Origin: Octopus vulgaris
Lineage: Eukaryota
NCBI GenBank assembly: GCA_951406725.2
Contig: OX597816.1
Location: forward strand, 168,206,001 to 168,270,000
Length of the DNA: 64,000 bases
Direction: 5' to 3'
The notes under the pieces are model-generated. The model was not told the DNA's origin, made no database searches, and saw nothing but the letters and a program-made list of their open reading frames with translations. A program made the translations under genes and the position numbers. Every line of letters begins with the position of its first letter. Position 1 is the first letter of the stretch. Shown here piece after piece: positions 40,117-52,927 of this stretch.

Positions 40117-40302
40117 TCAAGAATGTAGGTTTGCAATACATTCTAGGATTTTATAAAATAAATAATCTTACTTATATCTCCTTCTCCCCATAAATTCACC
40201 AAGATAAGAGTCAACCATGGAATAGTGTGTCCCACACTGACGTTTGTTTCCAAGATTTAAAGATGTCCAGATATTTTCAGTTTGTTGAGTATAAGTCCCA
40301 TC
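40117..40302 (-). pseudogene. Merlin/IS1016-like (ISXO2-type) DDE transposase C-terminal remnant
   Basis: DGTYTQQTENIWTSLNLGNKRQCGTHYSMVDSYLGEFMGRRRYK*DYLFYKILECIANLHS* resembles the HTQxIExxW...YLxEFxWR signature. Confidence 0.7.
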
Positions 40303-40867
40303 TACTATGATGGCAAACAATTATAGAACGTGTGGTGGTTACACTCCTTGTCCACATGTGTTGCATCTTTGGTTCTTCACAATCAGCTATAGAATATGTG
40401 GTGCTTCTTTGCTTTGGTTACTATGGATACAGAGTTCTTCGGCATGGTGATGTGTAAAATATTCTTTTCTGATTGGCTAAAATACCCAAATATAGCAAAT
40501 TTTAAAAGCCAATAACTTTTTGATTATGGATTTTTAGGAAAAATGAATTTTATTTTCATAATTAGTATACAAAATTTAATCTATATACCAAATTTGAAAA
40601 CAATTGGAACAAAATTATAGTGATGAAAACCACAAAGATCCCAACACAATCCTTATCAAGCCCTCCAATCATGCCAGCATAAAAGATAGACATTAAATGA
40701 TGATATATGTAAATACATGTATTAACACAAACATACATACATACATATAGGTAGGTAGGTGAATATTTACATACACTCATACATATTTGTACAAACAGAT
40801 GTCTTGCAAACAACTTGCACATGCAAGTGCTACCAGTCAAAAACTCTGCATACCAGAAGCCAGTTAT

Positions 40868-41200
40868 GGGGTCATCAGGAAAGAATACGTGCCGTTTCGG
40901 GGTCTACCTCTCGACGGCATCAATGCGCACCGGCCCCACTCACTGATATGAGATCCCGCTTACTAGATCAGCTGGTTATCAAATAAAGCTCAATATTTTT
41001 TTAGCCATCGCTCATCGTCTCTTTAATCAAATCCAGTGGCTAGCCTTCTCTACTGTAGATTGGATATCAGTCATGGTGGTATTGACTTTACGATGAGTTA
41101 GGCCTAATGATAACAACAGTCGTCTCACACTGTGTCCAACGAACCCTCTACATCCAGCTTCGATTGGAAAATGTTCCGCTTTCCATCCTGCGTCTTCACA
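40868..41200 (-). mobile_element. HERO/R2-group (restriction-like endonuclease) LINE 3' end
   Basis: CEDAGWKAEHFPIEAGCRGFVGHSVRRLLLSLG...VEKASHWI*LKR, then a short 3' UTR. Confidence 0.75.
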
Positions 41201-41427
41201 TTCCTCAAGGAATGTACATGGCTGTGTGTAATTGCAGGCATGACTTTGTGGTTGAGAAGTTTACTTTACAATCACATGTTTCAGGCTTAATCTCGTTCAG
41301 TCTGCCTTGGACGTCATCTGCTATAGTCTTGGGTTAGCCTTGTGAGCAAATCTGAACTAGTTTTGATTTCTATGCTACCCTTTTTATAATGAGCACTTTA
41401 TACTAATAGAGTTTTCCTCCAGAGTTA

Positions 41428-41608
41428 TGAAGGGTGTTCATTAAAGATTTCCCCTGACCCACTTCCCAAAGACTGGGATAAATGGAACTTGGCATAATCA
41501 TTAATCCTTCTCTACATGGCCACCACCAATGGGGACATACTTCTCCAATTGCTTCATGCAGCTATGTAGACCTCGTCTGCAGAAGTCAGTGGGTTGCGTC
41601 TGGAGCCA
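41428..41608 (-). mobile_element. mariner 3' end fragment (transposase C-terminus plus probable TIR)
   Basis: WLQTQPTDFCRRGLHSCMKQLEKYVPIGGGHVEKD*; end TA|tgaagggtgttc. Confidence 0.65.
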
Positions 41609-41875
41609 AGACTTTACCTTGGAAATAAGTTCATCACACACAAACAACATACATACATATGATCATACACATACCAACATAAACATACATACGCATTCAT
41701 TCACACAAATATAAAGACCTCAACCAAGCCAAAGCACTATGAAAAATAACTGAACTTTTAACCTTTGATTCAGAAATTCCTGTAGCACTGAATTCTTTTA
41801 CACACACACATTTAGCCTTTTGCTTTTATCATTTTTGTTTTATTTTTTGCTTTCTTTAATACATACATACATACA

Positions 41876-42283
41876 TACTCTTTACTCTTTTACTCTTTTA
41901 CTTGCTTCAGTCATTTGACTGCGGCCATGCTGGAGCACCGCCTTTAGTCGAGCAAATCGACCCCGGGACTTATTCTTTGTAAGCCTAGTACTTATTCTAT
42001 CGGTCTCTTTTGCCGAACCGCTAAGTGACGGGGACGTAAACGCACCAGCATTGGTTGTCAAGCAATGCTAGGGGGACAAACACAGACACACACACACATA
42101 TATATATATACATATATATGACAGGCTTCTTTCAGTTTCCGTCTACCAAATCCACTCACAAGGCATTGGTCGGCCCGAGGCTATAGCAGAAGACACTTGC
42201 CCAAGATGCCACGCAGTGGGGCTGAACCCGGAACCATGTGGTTGATTAGCAAGCTACTTACCACACAGCCACTCCTGCGCCTA
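41876..42283 (-). mobile_element. SINE family C
   Basis: Full-length copy. Confidence 0.9.
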
Positions 42284-42576
42284 TAAGTAAACAAAAACTA
42301 AAGAAAGTGGATCTTCATCTGTTTCTAGGATGATCACTCAATTGAACTGATTACACATTCAGCTGGTACTTATTTTATCAACCCTCCTAGGATGAAAGGC
42401 AAAGTCAACCTAGGTGGAATTTGAACTCAGAATGTAAAGTATTTTGCCCAGTGTGCTAATGATTCTGACAGCTTGTAGTCTTATGGTTACACATTATATT
42501 GACATATAACTGGCTGAGTATACCGCAGCACACATGTACCCACAACATAATCCATAAGTAGAATCAGTAGAATCAT

Positions 42577-42989
42577 AGGGGCAGGAGTGGCTGTGTAGTA
42601 AGTAGCTTGCTAACCAACCACATGGTTCCGGGTTCAGTCCCACTGCATGGCATCTTGGGCAAGTGTCTTCTGCTATAGCCCCGGGCCGACCAATGCCTTG
42701 TGAGTGGATTTGGTAGACAGAAACTGAAAGAAGCCTGTCGTATATATGTATATATATATATGTATGTGTTTGTGTGTCTGTGTTTGTCTCCCTAGCATTG
42801 CTTGACAACCGATGCTGGTGTGTTTACATTCCCGTCACTTAGCGGTTCGGCAAAAGAGACCGATAGAATAAGTACTGGGATTACAAAGAATAAGTCCCGG
42901 GGTCGATTTGCTCGACTAAAGGCGGTGCTCCAGCATGGCCGCAGTCAAATGACTGAAACAAGTAAAAGAGTAAAAAGAGTAAAAGAGTA
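42577..42989 (+). mobile_element. SINE family C
   Basis: Full-length copy, inverted relative to 41876-42283. Confidence 0.9.
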
Positions 42990-43542
42990 GTACAACCCAG
43001 TGTAACATGACTAGGCCTTTTAATTACAGGTCCAGGATCTAATTATAGTGTAATTTGGCTGAGTATTTCATAGATATATGTGGCCTTAATGTAATTCTGG
43101 GACAGACTCAGTGTAACACTTGGTGGACATAGCCAGTGTTTCAACTGAATATTTCTCAACTATTAAGAAAAATACACCATTCACTGAATAAATTGTGGAA
43201 AATCGCAACAAAATTAAACTAAATATCAGATGAATAATTCTATTGACAGGGAGCTGTGGGTCGCTGTGGGTCAAAGGTTTCTTGATTCCTCTTCATTGGT
43301 AACATATTTTGTGTAATACTAGGCTGGCTCTTTAAATTAGTTGTACTTCATTTGGCAGGGTTCTACACTATTTAACCAATTTTACTCCCAATGCTTTGGC
43401 CACCTGACAGATTATCTATTAAGTCACTCACAGACGTGCTCCATCCTCTGATGCCCCCCTCCCTACTCATTTCTTTCCCACAGATGTTGGTTTATGACGG
43501 TTCACAAGGAATATGAATGGCATTAATCATTAACCGCACTCA

Positions 43543-43843
43543 TTACTCTTTTACTTGTTTCAGTCATTTGACTGCGGCCATGCTGGGGCACCGCCTTTAG
43601 TCGAGTAAATCGACCCCAGGACTTATTCTTTGTAAGCCCAGTACTTATTCTATCGGTCTCTTTTGCCGAACCGCTAAGTGACGGGGACGTAAACACACCA
43701 GCATCGGTTGTCAAGCAATGCTAGGGGGACAAACACAGACACACAAACATACACACAAATACATATATATACATATATACGACAGGCTTCTTTTAGTTTC
43801 CGTCTACCAAATCCACTCACAAGGCATTGGTCGGCCCGAGGCT
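43543..43843 (-). mobile_element. SINE family C, 5'-truncated
   Basis: Matches the 3' two-thirds of family C. Confidence 0.85.
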
Positions 43844-44639
43844 AGATGGTCCGTGAAGGGCATAGGCACTGTCCCTTCTTTCAGACCCAACATGAGTAGA
43901 AGATAAAACAAAAAAAAAAAAAAACAAAAAAAGAAAACTCAAACCAAAACTAGGCTAAAAGATTCTTGCTCAAGGTGTGATGGAGTTGGATTGAACTCAA
44001 CACTAACATGTCAGGATAATGATGTGAACAAATTAATCACCTGGTCATGTGCCACCCCATCCGCCTGAGATGTAGAGGTAAAACTGTACATGTGGTGGGC
44101 AAGTCATGTAATTGGTAGGTTTGGGTCCAGCTAAGGTAGAAATAATAAACCCTGTGGAACTGAAGCTGGCAGAATGAATCAGAATAGATATTTCCTAAAT
44201 GATACAGAAGGGAAAAAAAGGGTATTGAAGTGAGGGGTGGGATGTGAAAGACACAACTTTTGAGGAAATTTTCTATTTTATGAAACAAAAAAGGATTTAA
44301 AACAAGATGAAGGAAACCTGCCCACCTCACTTTTCCTTTTCTGTGATGTATGGAACTTTGAGGGACTGTTGTTCCAAAAATTCTGCCCAAATTGCAATGT
44401 TAGACTAAATGCATTGTTCCACTTAATTATGTTCCTCTGCATTCTGAGTTCAAATCCCATGAAAGTCAGTTTTACCTTTAATCCAACAGGTATCAATAAA
44501 ATAAATTACACTTGAATAGTTTGCCAATAACAACACATTTCTCCATTCTTTTTGATTATCTTTATTCTTATATTGGATAAGGGGATTATCACATACACTC
44601 TTCTTCCCTTTGTTTTGGTACAATTTGCATTGTAGATGC

Positions 44640-45110
44640 ATCTTTGAACTGTTCAATTGCATAGCTTACTCACAAGTTGTCTGCTACCATGCTTGTACAC
44701 CTCTGTGGGAATATTGTCTTGTCCAAGAGCTTTATTATTGGAAAGTTTTTTGATAGCAGTTCCTACCTCTTTCAAGGAAGGACATTCCACTAGTTCTTCA
44801 ATTATAGATCACTGGGGATTTTGCTGATTACATCAGCATCATAGTGGATTCTTGATTTGATACAGATTTTAAGTGTTCAGCCCATCTTTTCAGAATTTCA
44901 TCTTTCCTGCTTGAGGGTTTTGTTCTATCATTAGAGAGAATAAATTCTGTACTACCTTTTGGGGGGCCAAACACATTTTTCAGAATGTTATACAGTGTTC
45001 TCGAGTTGTGGATGGTAGCAGCCTGTTCCAATTCTTGGGCTTTTTTTGTTCACCAAATTTTTCATCTCATGCAGTTTTCTGCATAGTTTTTCTGGAGATG
45101 TATAGGAATC
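44640..45110 (-). mobile_element. RTE-like LINE internal remnant
   Basis: EILKRWAEHLKSVSNQES; PSLKEVGTAIKKLSNNKALGQDNIPTEVYKHG. Confidence 0.7.
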
Positions 45111-45558
45111 TGGACGTTGGCAAGTTTTTGTCTGAGATCCATGTCTTGTGATTCTTTTCCAAAGTTACCATATGGTTTTGTTAAACCATATTGAAAGAGG
45201 CCACTGAAATCCAATTTACATCTGAGAATAAATGTTACTTCTTTAAAAAATCCAGAAATTATAACAAATTTTGAAATACATTTAAATTCAAAGCTTGCAG
45301 AAAGCTGAAGTGTTGTGGCACAATATTCATGACAGCATCAAATCATCTACTAAAGTAGTTCTAGAGTTTGTGAAACGCAAACACCATCAAGAATGAGTCT
45401 CAAATTCAACCTCTCCTAGAAACTTTGCACAGAGACACACCAACACACATAAATTTGTCTCCAGTTTATTTCTCCAAAGGGAATTAAGATGGCATTGTTT
45501 CCAGTACTGACCAGTTCTATAGAACATATGAGCACACGCGCACGCACACACACACACA

Positions 45559-45596
<38 letters not shown>

Positions 45597-45739
45597 CGCA
45601 CACACATGTGCATTTGTAATTACTCACATGTTTTCATATACCACTAAATCAAAGGAAATGATTTATTGCCTCTTTAGCGACCTCAGATCTTATGAAGATA
45701 ATGAAAGCAAACTGTTGTCTTAAAGTGTCTAAAATTTGA

Positions 45740-45890
45740 TAAAAGTGTCCATAGAAAGGTCATGAATATTTTTTTCTTCTTTGTTAAAAGTATTGTTTTC
45801 AGCTGTCTATGAACAATACAGGCTGAGGTGTTTTGTATACACTGCAATTCTTCCAAGAGTGAATAACACAAATTCTCAAACTGGAGGAGC
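45740..45890 (-). mobile_element. Possible L2-clade LINE remnant
   Basis: CYSLL..LQCIQNTSACIV resembles the LQxIQNxAARxV motif. Confidence 0.4.
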
Positions 45891-46312
45891 TGAAATTCTA
45901 ACTGGGGAGGTGAGGCTAAGCATACCATAGCCCTGCTGTGACTACGTACCTGACATACACATATGCATTCATACAACTGAACCTTACACTAAAAATATAA
46001 GGCTGACCTAAGCAATTTTGGATGAATGTATTTATCTTTTGGTATCTTGTGTTGCTAAAGTGTAGAAAGTTTTTTTTTTAAGAGCATTTTTATATAGATT
46101 TTTTAAAACTTAACCTTCGTGAAATGTCGTAATATAGGATGTGGCCTCCTTGAGTACAGGGCCTTCTTGGGCATGGGGCCTGATTGGGATCAATCAGTCC
46201 AGTTGGTTTAAAGCTGGTCTTGCATAGAACTAACCAAAGAGAAATAGAATTATAAAATAATGTATAACTTCTATAAATTTTGAAATTTTAAATACAAAGG
46301 CAAGATGAACTA

Positions 46313-47059
46313 CCATATGTACTTGGCTACAAGTCACACTTTTTTCCCCTGGTATTTTCACTTAAAGTTGGGGATGTGACTTATAAGCAGGTCCTATAAA
46401 AAAAAATCTTCAGATAATTTCTAGGTACAAGCCATGTCTGAAGTTCCAACACTTGGAATAACTGAAAAAAACCCAAATTCCAAAGCCAAGGAGTACATGG
46501 AAGATGATCTTTAGATATTTCTTTATATATTTCTTTACTTTTGTTGGTATGAAATAAACAATTAATATTTAAAAAGTGGGTTTAATGTTTGTTTGTTTTT
46601 GTACTGTACCTGTCTTTCTTTAATTTGGTGCCATGTTATTTGTTAACAAGAAAAAATAGAGGAATTCGTATGATATTAATTTCAAGCTGAATGTTACTGA
46701 ATATGCAAAGTCACATTTGAATCAAACTGCAGAAAGAGAGTTTGGGGCTCAGAAAAAATGGTCAGAGATTGGCGCTTGAAAGAGGAGAAAATGAAATCCA
46801 TTGATATCATATCATTAAAGAAAATTAGGATAGGAATGAGTCCCAATGAGGAGATGGAGACTATTTTGAGAGACTGGGTGACTAAACTATGAACAAATGG
46901 ATTTGCTGTCACAAGAAACATCATCAGATTGCAGGCTCTCCAGCATCAAAAAAGTCACCACAACTTATAGTTAGGTCAATGATAAAATTCTCAATTTGAA
47001 CCTTGTAAGTCAGGGGTGCGTCTTATAGGCAAGGGTGTTTTAAAGTTGGGTATATACAG
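46313..47059 (+). mobile_element. Internally deleted pogo/Tigger-like DNA transposon
   Basis: TA|CCATA...TACAG|TA ends and subterminal GTGxGxCTTATA motifs. 46660-46945 encodes RNSYDINFKLNVTEYAK...AEREFGGSEKMVRDW (Brinker-like DBD) and ILRDWVTKL*TNGFAVTRNIIRLQA (CENP-B HTH). Confidence 0.8.
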
Positions 47060-47964
47060 TAATATATAAATAGTAACTCGTCATAAGCATAAGTGTCATG
47101 TCTGTCAACTTCAACATTAAACTACATTCATATACACAACAGCCTTCAGCGATATCTAGTTAACAAAGAACTTTCTGTATATGTGTACATTGCATATGGA
47201 TACTGTTGAAGGTATGTAAAATATTAAATATGGTGCAGACAATCACATGACATAATTACACTATTAACAGTTCTTTCTGGTTTGGTGATGGTAGCAGCTT
47301 GGGTGATAGTGGAAGTGGTTGTCGTCATCGTTGTTGTCATAGTTGTTGTCATTTTCATAACGGTATTGTGGTGGTGGTGGTGGTGAGAAAGAAGAGGAAA
47401 GTGTATGAATGAAAGGCTGTTGTTATACTTATGTTGTTTTAAGAATTCATATTCCAGAAAAATGTGACTATTTATATTGAATACTTTAGACCCTCTCACA
47501 CATATTACTATTATATTCATATATTACTATTATATTAAGCTTTTTCTGTGTGTTCCTATTTTAATATCATAGACAAAATATGCTTTTATGAGATTAAAAT
47601 ATATTTTGACTTATACATACTGCATAATCTAGTTTTTGCAGTATTTCAAAACTACTAGCGAAATGTATAGAAAAAAGAATATTTGTGATATAGTATCAGA
47701 AAGAAGAAACCCCAAAATATGTACCATATCCCATTTTGCTATGCCATTTCTATGATAAAAAAAATTCTAATAACTATGTTCAGACATGGCTTTATGGTTA
47801 ATAACTATATTCAGACATGTGGTTTCAGGTTCAGTCCCACTATATGCCACTCTGTACAAGTGTTTTCTATTCTAGCCTTGAACCTACCAAGTGAATTTAG
47901 TATGCAGAAACTGAAAAGAAGACTATTATGAGTGTGTGTGTGTGTGTGTATATATATATCATGG

Positions 47965-48236
47965 GATCACGTGACCGACCAGACCATCAGATGTTGTTAC
48001 ACATCGCTGGTGACAATGCATTCGCACTGTATTTTAGCCCCGCTGGCTAAGCGAGCAGGCCAACAGAAGAAAGAGTGGTGAAAGAGTACAGCAGGGATCA
48101 CCACCCCCTGCCGGAGCTTCGTGGTGCTTCTAGGTGTTTTCGCTCAATAAACACTCACAACGCCCGGTCTGGGAATTGAAACCGCGATCCTACGACCGCG
48201 AGTCCACTGCCCTAACCACTGGGCCATTGCACCTCC
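47965..48236 (-). mobile_element. tRNA-derived SINE, family D (B-like head, different tail)
   Basis: Head ggaggtgcaatggcccagtggttagggcagtggactcgcggtcg. Confidence 0.8.
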
Positions 48237-48915
48237 ATGTATATATATATATATATATACACACATACACATACACAACCACACATACACACACATATGT
48301 ATTTGTATATGTATGTATTGAAAAGTTGCTTATTCAAATGAGATAGCATAACAGTTAACCTTTGCTTACATCCATATACATCCTACTTTCAATCAGATTT
48401 TAAATATCGTTTGTTCTCTGGTTTTTGTTCAGTATTATATGCATTTGAATAGACATGCATTTCCAAAATCAGAATAAAACGGAAGATTCAGTTGTATCTA
48501 AACTTCTTTATTATTACATCATAAATTACTTAAACTTTACTCATGTTTCACAAGTGTGATAAAAGAATCTTTGTTACAACCAAGTCTCCAGTTTTGTTCT
48601 GATCTTGTATGTATGTATGTGTGTGTGTCTGTGTATGATTACATATTTTTTATGTGTGCACGCATATTTATGTATTCTCATGGGTGTGTATATGTGACCT
48701 GTCTCTGCGGTTTGACATTGTGTTATAATTGTCAGTAAACATCACCACTATACATGTGGTATTGTTTGTTTGCAATCTCCTGAGAAAACATGTCCAAACT
48801 AGGGGGGATATGTTAGCTTACTTGAAAACAGGTGAGAATTGGAGACAAGAACATCCAGTTATAGAAATCTGTCTCAATGAAATCTTGTCTGACCATGCAA
48901 GCATGGATTTACTCT

Positions 48916-49324
48916 ATTACTCTTTTACTTGTTTCAGTCCATTGACTGCGGCCATGCTGGAGCACCGCCTTTTAATCGAGCAACTCGACCCCGGAACTTA
49001 TTCTTTTGTAAGCCCAGTACTTATTCTATCGGTCTCTTTTGCCGAACCGCTAAGTGACGGGGGACGTCAACACACCAGCATTGGTTGTCAAGCAATGCTA
49101 GGGGGACAAACACAGACACACAAACACACACACATACACGTACACATATACATATATACATATATACGACGGGCTTCTTTCAGTTTCCGTCTGCCAAATC
49201 CACTCACAAGGCTTTGGTCGGCCTGAGGCTATAGTAGAAGACACTTGCCCAAGGTGCCACGCAGTGGGACTGAACCCGGAACCATGTGGTTGGTAAACAA
49301 GCTACTTACCACACAGCCGCTCCT
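48916..49324 (-). mobile_element. SINE family C
   Basis: Full-length copy. Confidence 0.9.
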
Positions 49325-49652
49325 GGATATGTAGATATTAAAATGATGACGATGTAAGAAAACAATGTCAACAAAATATAATTCTGAAACAAACTTCTTG
49401 AAACAGAACACTTTAGTTATAATGATTATGGTGGAATGGTAAGGTTACTACTAATACCTATTTTATTATAACAGCTTCCACTGCTTAAACCTGTAAAAAA
49501 AATTTAAATCAGAATTACCAATTCAATCGTTACCTTCACCACCACCACCACCACCACCACCACCATTGCCATTGACACTACTGCCACAGTTATTAGTGTT
49601 TTTATAGCCATTGGTCTAAAACTGGTATATGTCTAAACTTATTTTGTCAAGC

Positions 49653-50038
49653 CACATACACATACACAACCACACATACACACACATATGTATTTGTATA
49701 TGTATGTATTGAAAAGTTGCTTATTCAAATGAGATAGCATAACAGTTAACCTTTGCTTACATCCATATACATCCTACTTTCAATCAGGTTTAAATATCGT
49801 TTGTTCTCTGGTTTTTGTTCAGTATTATATGCATTTGAATAGACATGCATTTCCAAAATCAGAATAAAACAGAAGATTCAGTTGTATCTAAACTTCTTTA
49901 TTATTACATCATAAATTACTTAAACTTTACTCATGTTTCACAAGTGTGATAAAAGAATCTTTGTTACAACCAAGTCTCCAGTTTTGTTCTGATCTTGTAT
50001 GTATGTATGTGTGTGTGTCTGTGTATGAATACATATTT
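49653..50038 (+). repeat. Local direct duplicate of 48262-48648
   Basis: ~386 bp nearly identical. Confidence 0.92.
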
Positions 50039-50279
50039 CATAATTTCATAATTTCATAAACTAAAGTGCCTCAAGTTTGCTTTAGTCAAATTTTGTTTCA
50101 GCTACAATAAACTTCAAATGTTTTAATATTTAAACACTATATCCATAAAGAGCACAGTCTCAAATTTGCTGTAATTTTCAAATGGTGTAATAATATGTAG
50201 TAGGTATGGAGTAATTTTAATTATTAATATTTTGACAACCTTCTATTAATAATAAAATTCACTAGCCTTTTATTTTAAT

Positions 50280-50847
50280 CGCCTTACTGGCACTTATGCC
50301 TGTGCTAGTAGGGTACCAAGAACACCATCTGAGCGTGATCGTTGTGATCGTTGCCAGAGTACACGTGTCTGCAGAGTGCTCAGCCACTTGCACATTAATT
50401 TCATGCACAGGCTATTAAACTGCAACAATTGGTGTCATAACTGACAGAGTGCCAGTCAGTTAAGTATACTCTGAATTATACTTAACTTATACTTAACTTA
50501 TACTTGGCTTCCGTACCCATGGCACGTAAAAGGGCACCATTCGAGCGTGATCGTTACCAGCGTTGCTTCACTGGCACCTGTGCTGGTGGCACGTGTAAAA
50601 AGATTCGAGCGAGGTCATTGCCAGTACCGCCTGACTGGCCCCCATGCAGGTGGCATGTAAAAAGCACCCGCTACACATTCGGAGTGGTTGGTGTTAGGAA
50701 GGGCATCCAGCTGTAGAAACTCTGCCAGATCAAGATCGGAGCCTGGTGCAGCCATCTGGTTGCCAGTCCTCAGTCAAAACCGTCCAACCCATGCTAGCAT
50801 GGAAAACGGACGTTAATTGATGATGATGATGATGATGATGATGATGA
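50280..50847 (+). mobile_element. RTE 3' UTR fragment interrupted by an inverted templated insert
   Basis: gtggcac/gtaaaaagcacc subrepeats and (ATG)n tail; insert at 50358-50505. Confidence 0.8.
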
Positions 50848-50882
50848 CATTATATGGAATAATTCAGAGTATACTTAACTGA

Positions 50883-51536
50883 CTGGCACTCTGTCAGTTA
50901 TGACACCAATTGTTGCAGTTTAATAGCCTGCGCATGAAATTAATGTGCAAGTGGCTGAGCACTCTGCAGACACATGCACTCAACCCTTTCATTACCGTAT
51001 TTATTTTGATATGCTCTCTGTTTCTTTCATATGCTCTCTCTGTTCATATGTTCTCTCTGTTTCTTTTGATATGCTCTCTGTTTCTTTCATATGCTCTCTC
51101 TGTTCATATGTTCTCTCTGTTTCTTTTGATATGCTCTCTGTTTCTTTCAATTACTTTAAATATCACAAAGTATTTAGTAAAATAACTTAGTTATCATTAA
51201 GCTAGTGATAGGGACATAATTTGTGACTGAGGTTTAATAGAAGATTTTAATTCAAAACTTATGAAAACAAGACATTTTGTACTCAAAGCCAAAGCCGGTT
51301 TCAGCCGGGTTGGTATCAAAAGGGTTAATGTAGTTCTTAGGGAGGTTCAGCATGATACAGAATGTGACAAGGCTGGCACTTTGAAGTACAGCTACTACTC
51401 ATTTTTGCCAGCTGAGTGAACTGGAGCAATATGAAATAATGTGACTTACTCAAGAACACAATGCACTGCCAGGAATCGAACTCACGGCCTTGCAATTGTG
51501 AGCTGAATGCCCTAACCACTAAGCCATGCGTCTTCA
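50883..51536 (-). mobile_element. tRNA-derived SINE, family F, split by a MITE
   Basis: Head TGGCTTAGTGG / GTTCGATTCC; tail as in 26270-26395. Confidence 0.75.
50984..51324. mobile_element. piggyBac-like MITE
   Basis: TIRs CCCTTTCATTACC / GGTATCAAAAGGG; flanks TCAA and TTAA at the SINE's TTAA site; internal 60-bp tandem repeat at 51004-51149. Confidence 0.75.
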
Positions 51537-51587
51537 CTCAGAGTATACTATACACTAAGAGTAGGTGAATATTCTAGTTAAACTAAT

Positions 51588-51986
51588 GGCGTAGGAGTGG
51601 TTGTGTGGTAAGTAGCTTGCTTACCAACCACATGGTTCCAGGTTCAGTCCCACTGCATGGCACCTTGGGCAAGTGTCTTCTTCTATAGCCTCAGGCTGAC
51701 CAAAACCTTGTGAGTGGATTTGGTAGATGGAAACTGAAAGAAGCCCATTGTATATATGTATATGTGTGTATATACGTTTGTGTGTCTGTGTTTGTACCCC
51801 CAACATCACTTGACAACCGATGCTGGTGTGTTTACGTCCCCATAACTTAGCGGTTCGGCAAAAGCGACCGATAGAATAAGCACTAGGCTTACAAAGAATA
51901 AGTTCTGGGTCGATTTGCTTGACTAAAGGCAGTGCTCCAGCATAGCCACGGTCAAATGACTGAAACAAGTAAAAGAGTAAAAGAGT
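51588..51986 (+). mobile_element. SINE family C
   Basis: Full-length copy. Confidence 0.9.
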
Positions 51987-52240
51987 AATGGAACTTAAAG
52001 AATGAGATTGATCACTAGGTAACTAAGTAAAAGATGGAGTAAGTCAATGCAAGATTAGATGCAATTGGCTATGAGCATCACTCCTGACTCCTGTATTCAC
52101 ATGGAGTGAAGAGGGGAGAGAGTAAAGCTGTGTTTTTATTTTGCTATTCATTGTTATCATAGGAAGATATCATTTCCCAAGTTTTATGAACAATTTGTGT
52201 TATTACATATTCAGTTACAAAATTTACCACAGTAAGCTAG

Positions 52241-52549
52241 GTGGAGGCACATGGCCTAGTGGTTAGAGCAGCGGACTTGCGGTTGAGGGATCACGGGTTC
52301 AAATCTCAGAGCGGGCGATGTGTGTGTTTATGAGCGAAACACCTAAGCTCCATGCAGCTCTGGCAGAAAGTAATGGCGAAACTTCTGCTGACTCTTTCGC
52401 CACAACTTTCTCTCTCTCTTTCCTCCAGCATCTTGCAGCTCACCTGTGACGGACCAGCGTCCCATCCAAGTGGAAAACCTATGCGCCAAGAAACCAGGAA
52501 ACCGGCCCTTATGAGTTAGGCATGGCTTGAGAAGGAACAAACAACAAAA
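52241..52549 (+). mobile_element. SINE family B with perfect 12-bp TSD
   Basis: acagtaagctag at 52229-52240 and 52550-52561. Confidence 0.92.
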
Positions 52550-52927
52550 ACAGTAAGCTAGACACATATTGAATTGTTGAGCAATGCAGAAAAAGCATGA
52601 AATATTAAAGAACTACTGGATACTTGCATCAGTATCAGTACTTGGCAGAGAGAGAGGGCGGGGAGCTGATGAAGATAGAGGATAAGTCAGAAAGTTGGAC
52701 TTATTTGCTTTTTTTGCAATAGAATGAGATAATGTACGTTTTTGTTGTAAACAGAAGAAAATGAAGATAATTAGTTTCAGTGGGTTGTCAGTTAGAAAGA
52801 AGATTAGGTGTGTATTATTTAGTTATTTTGAACTGGTGAAGCATATTTAATGCCTTGCACTGAACTGGGGGAGATGTGATTTGAGCAAGAAATTGAATGA
52901 AGATGTGCTTTCTTTTATTGTTTATAC

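Noticed and set aside
42494-42990. Recurrent ORFs such as MTTDAGVF... and ...EDTCPRCHAVGLNPEPCGW
   Set aside because: Incidental translations of SINE family C on both strands.
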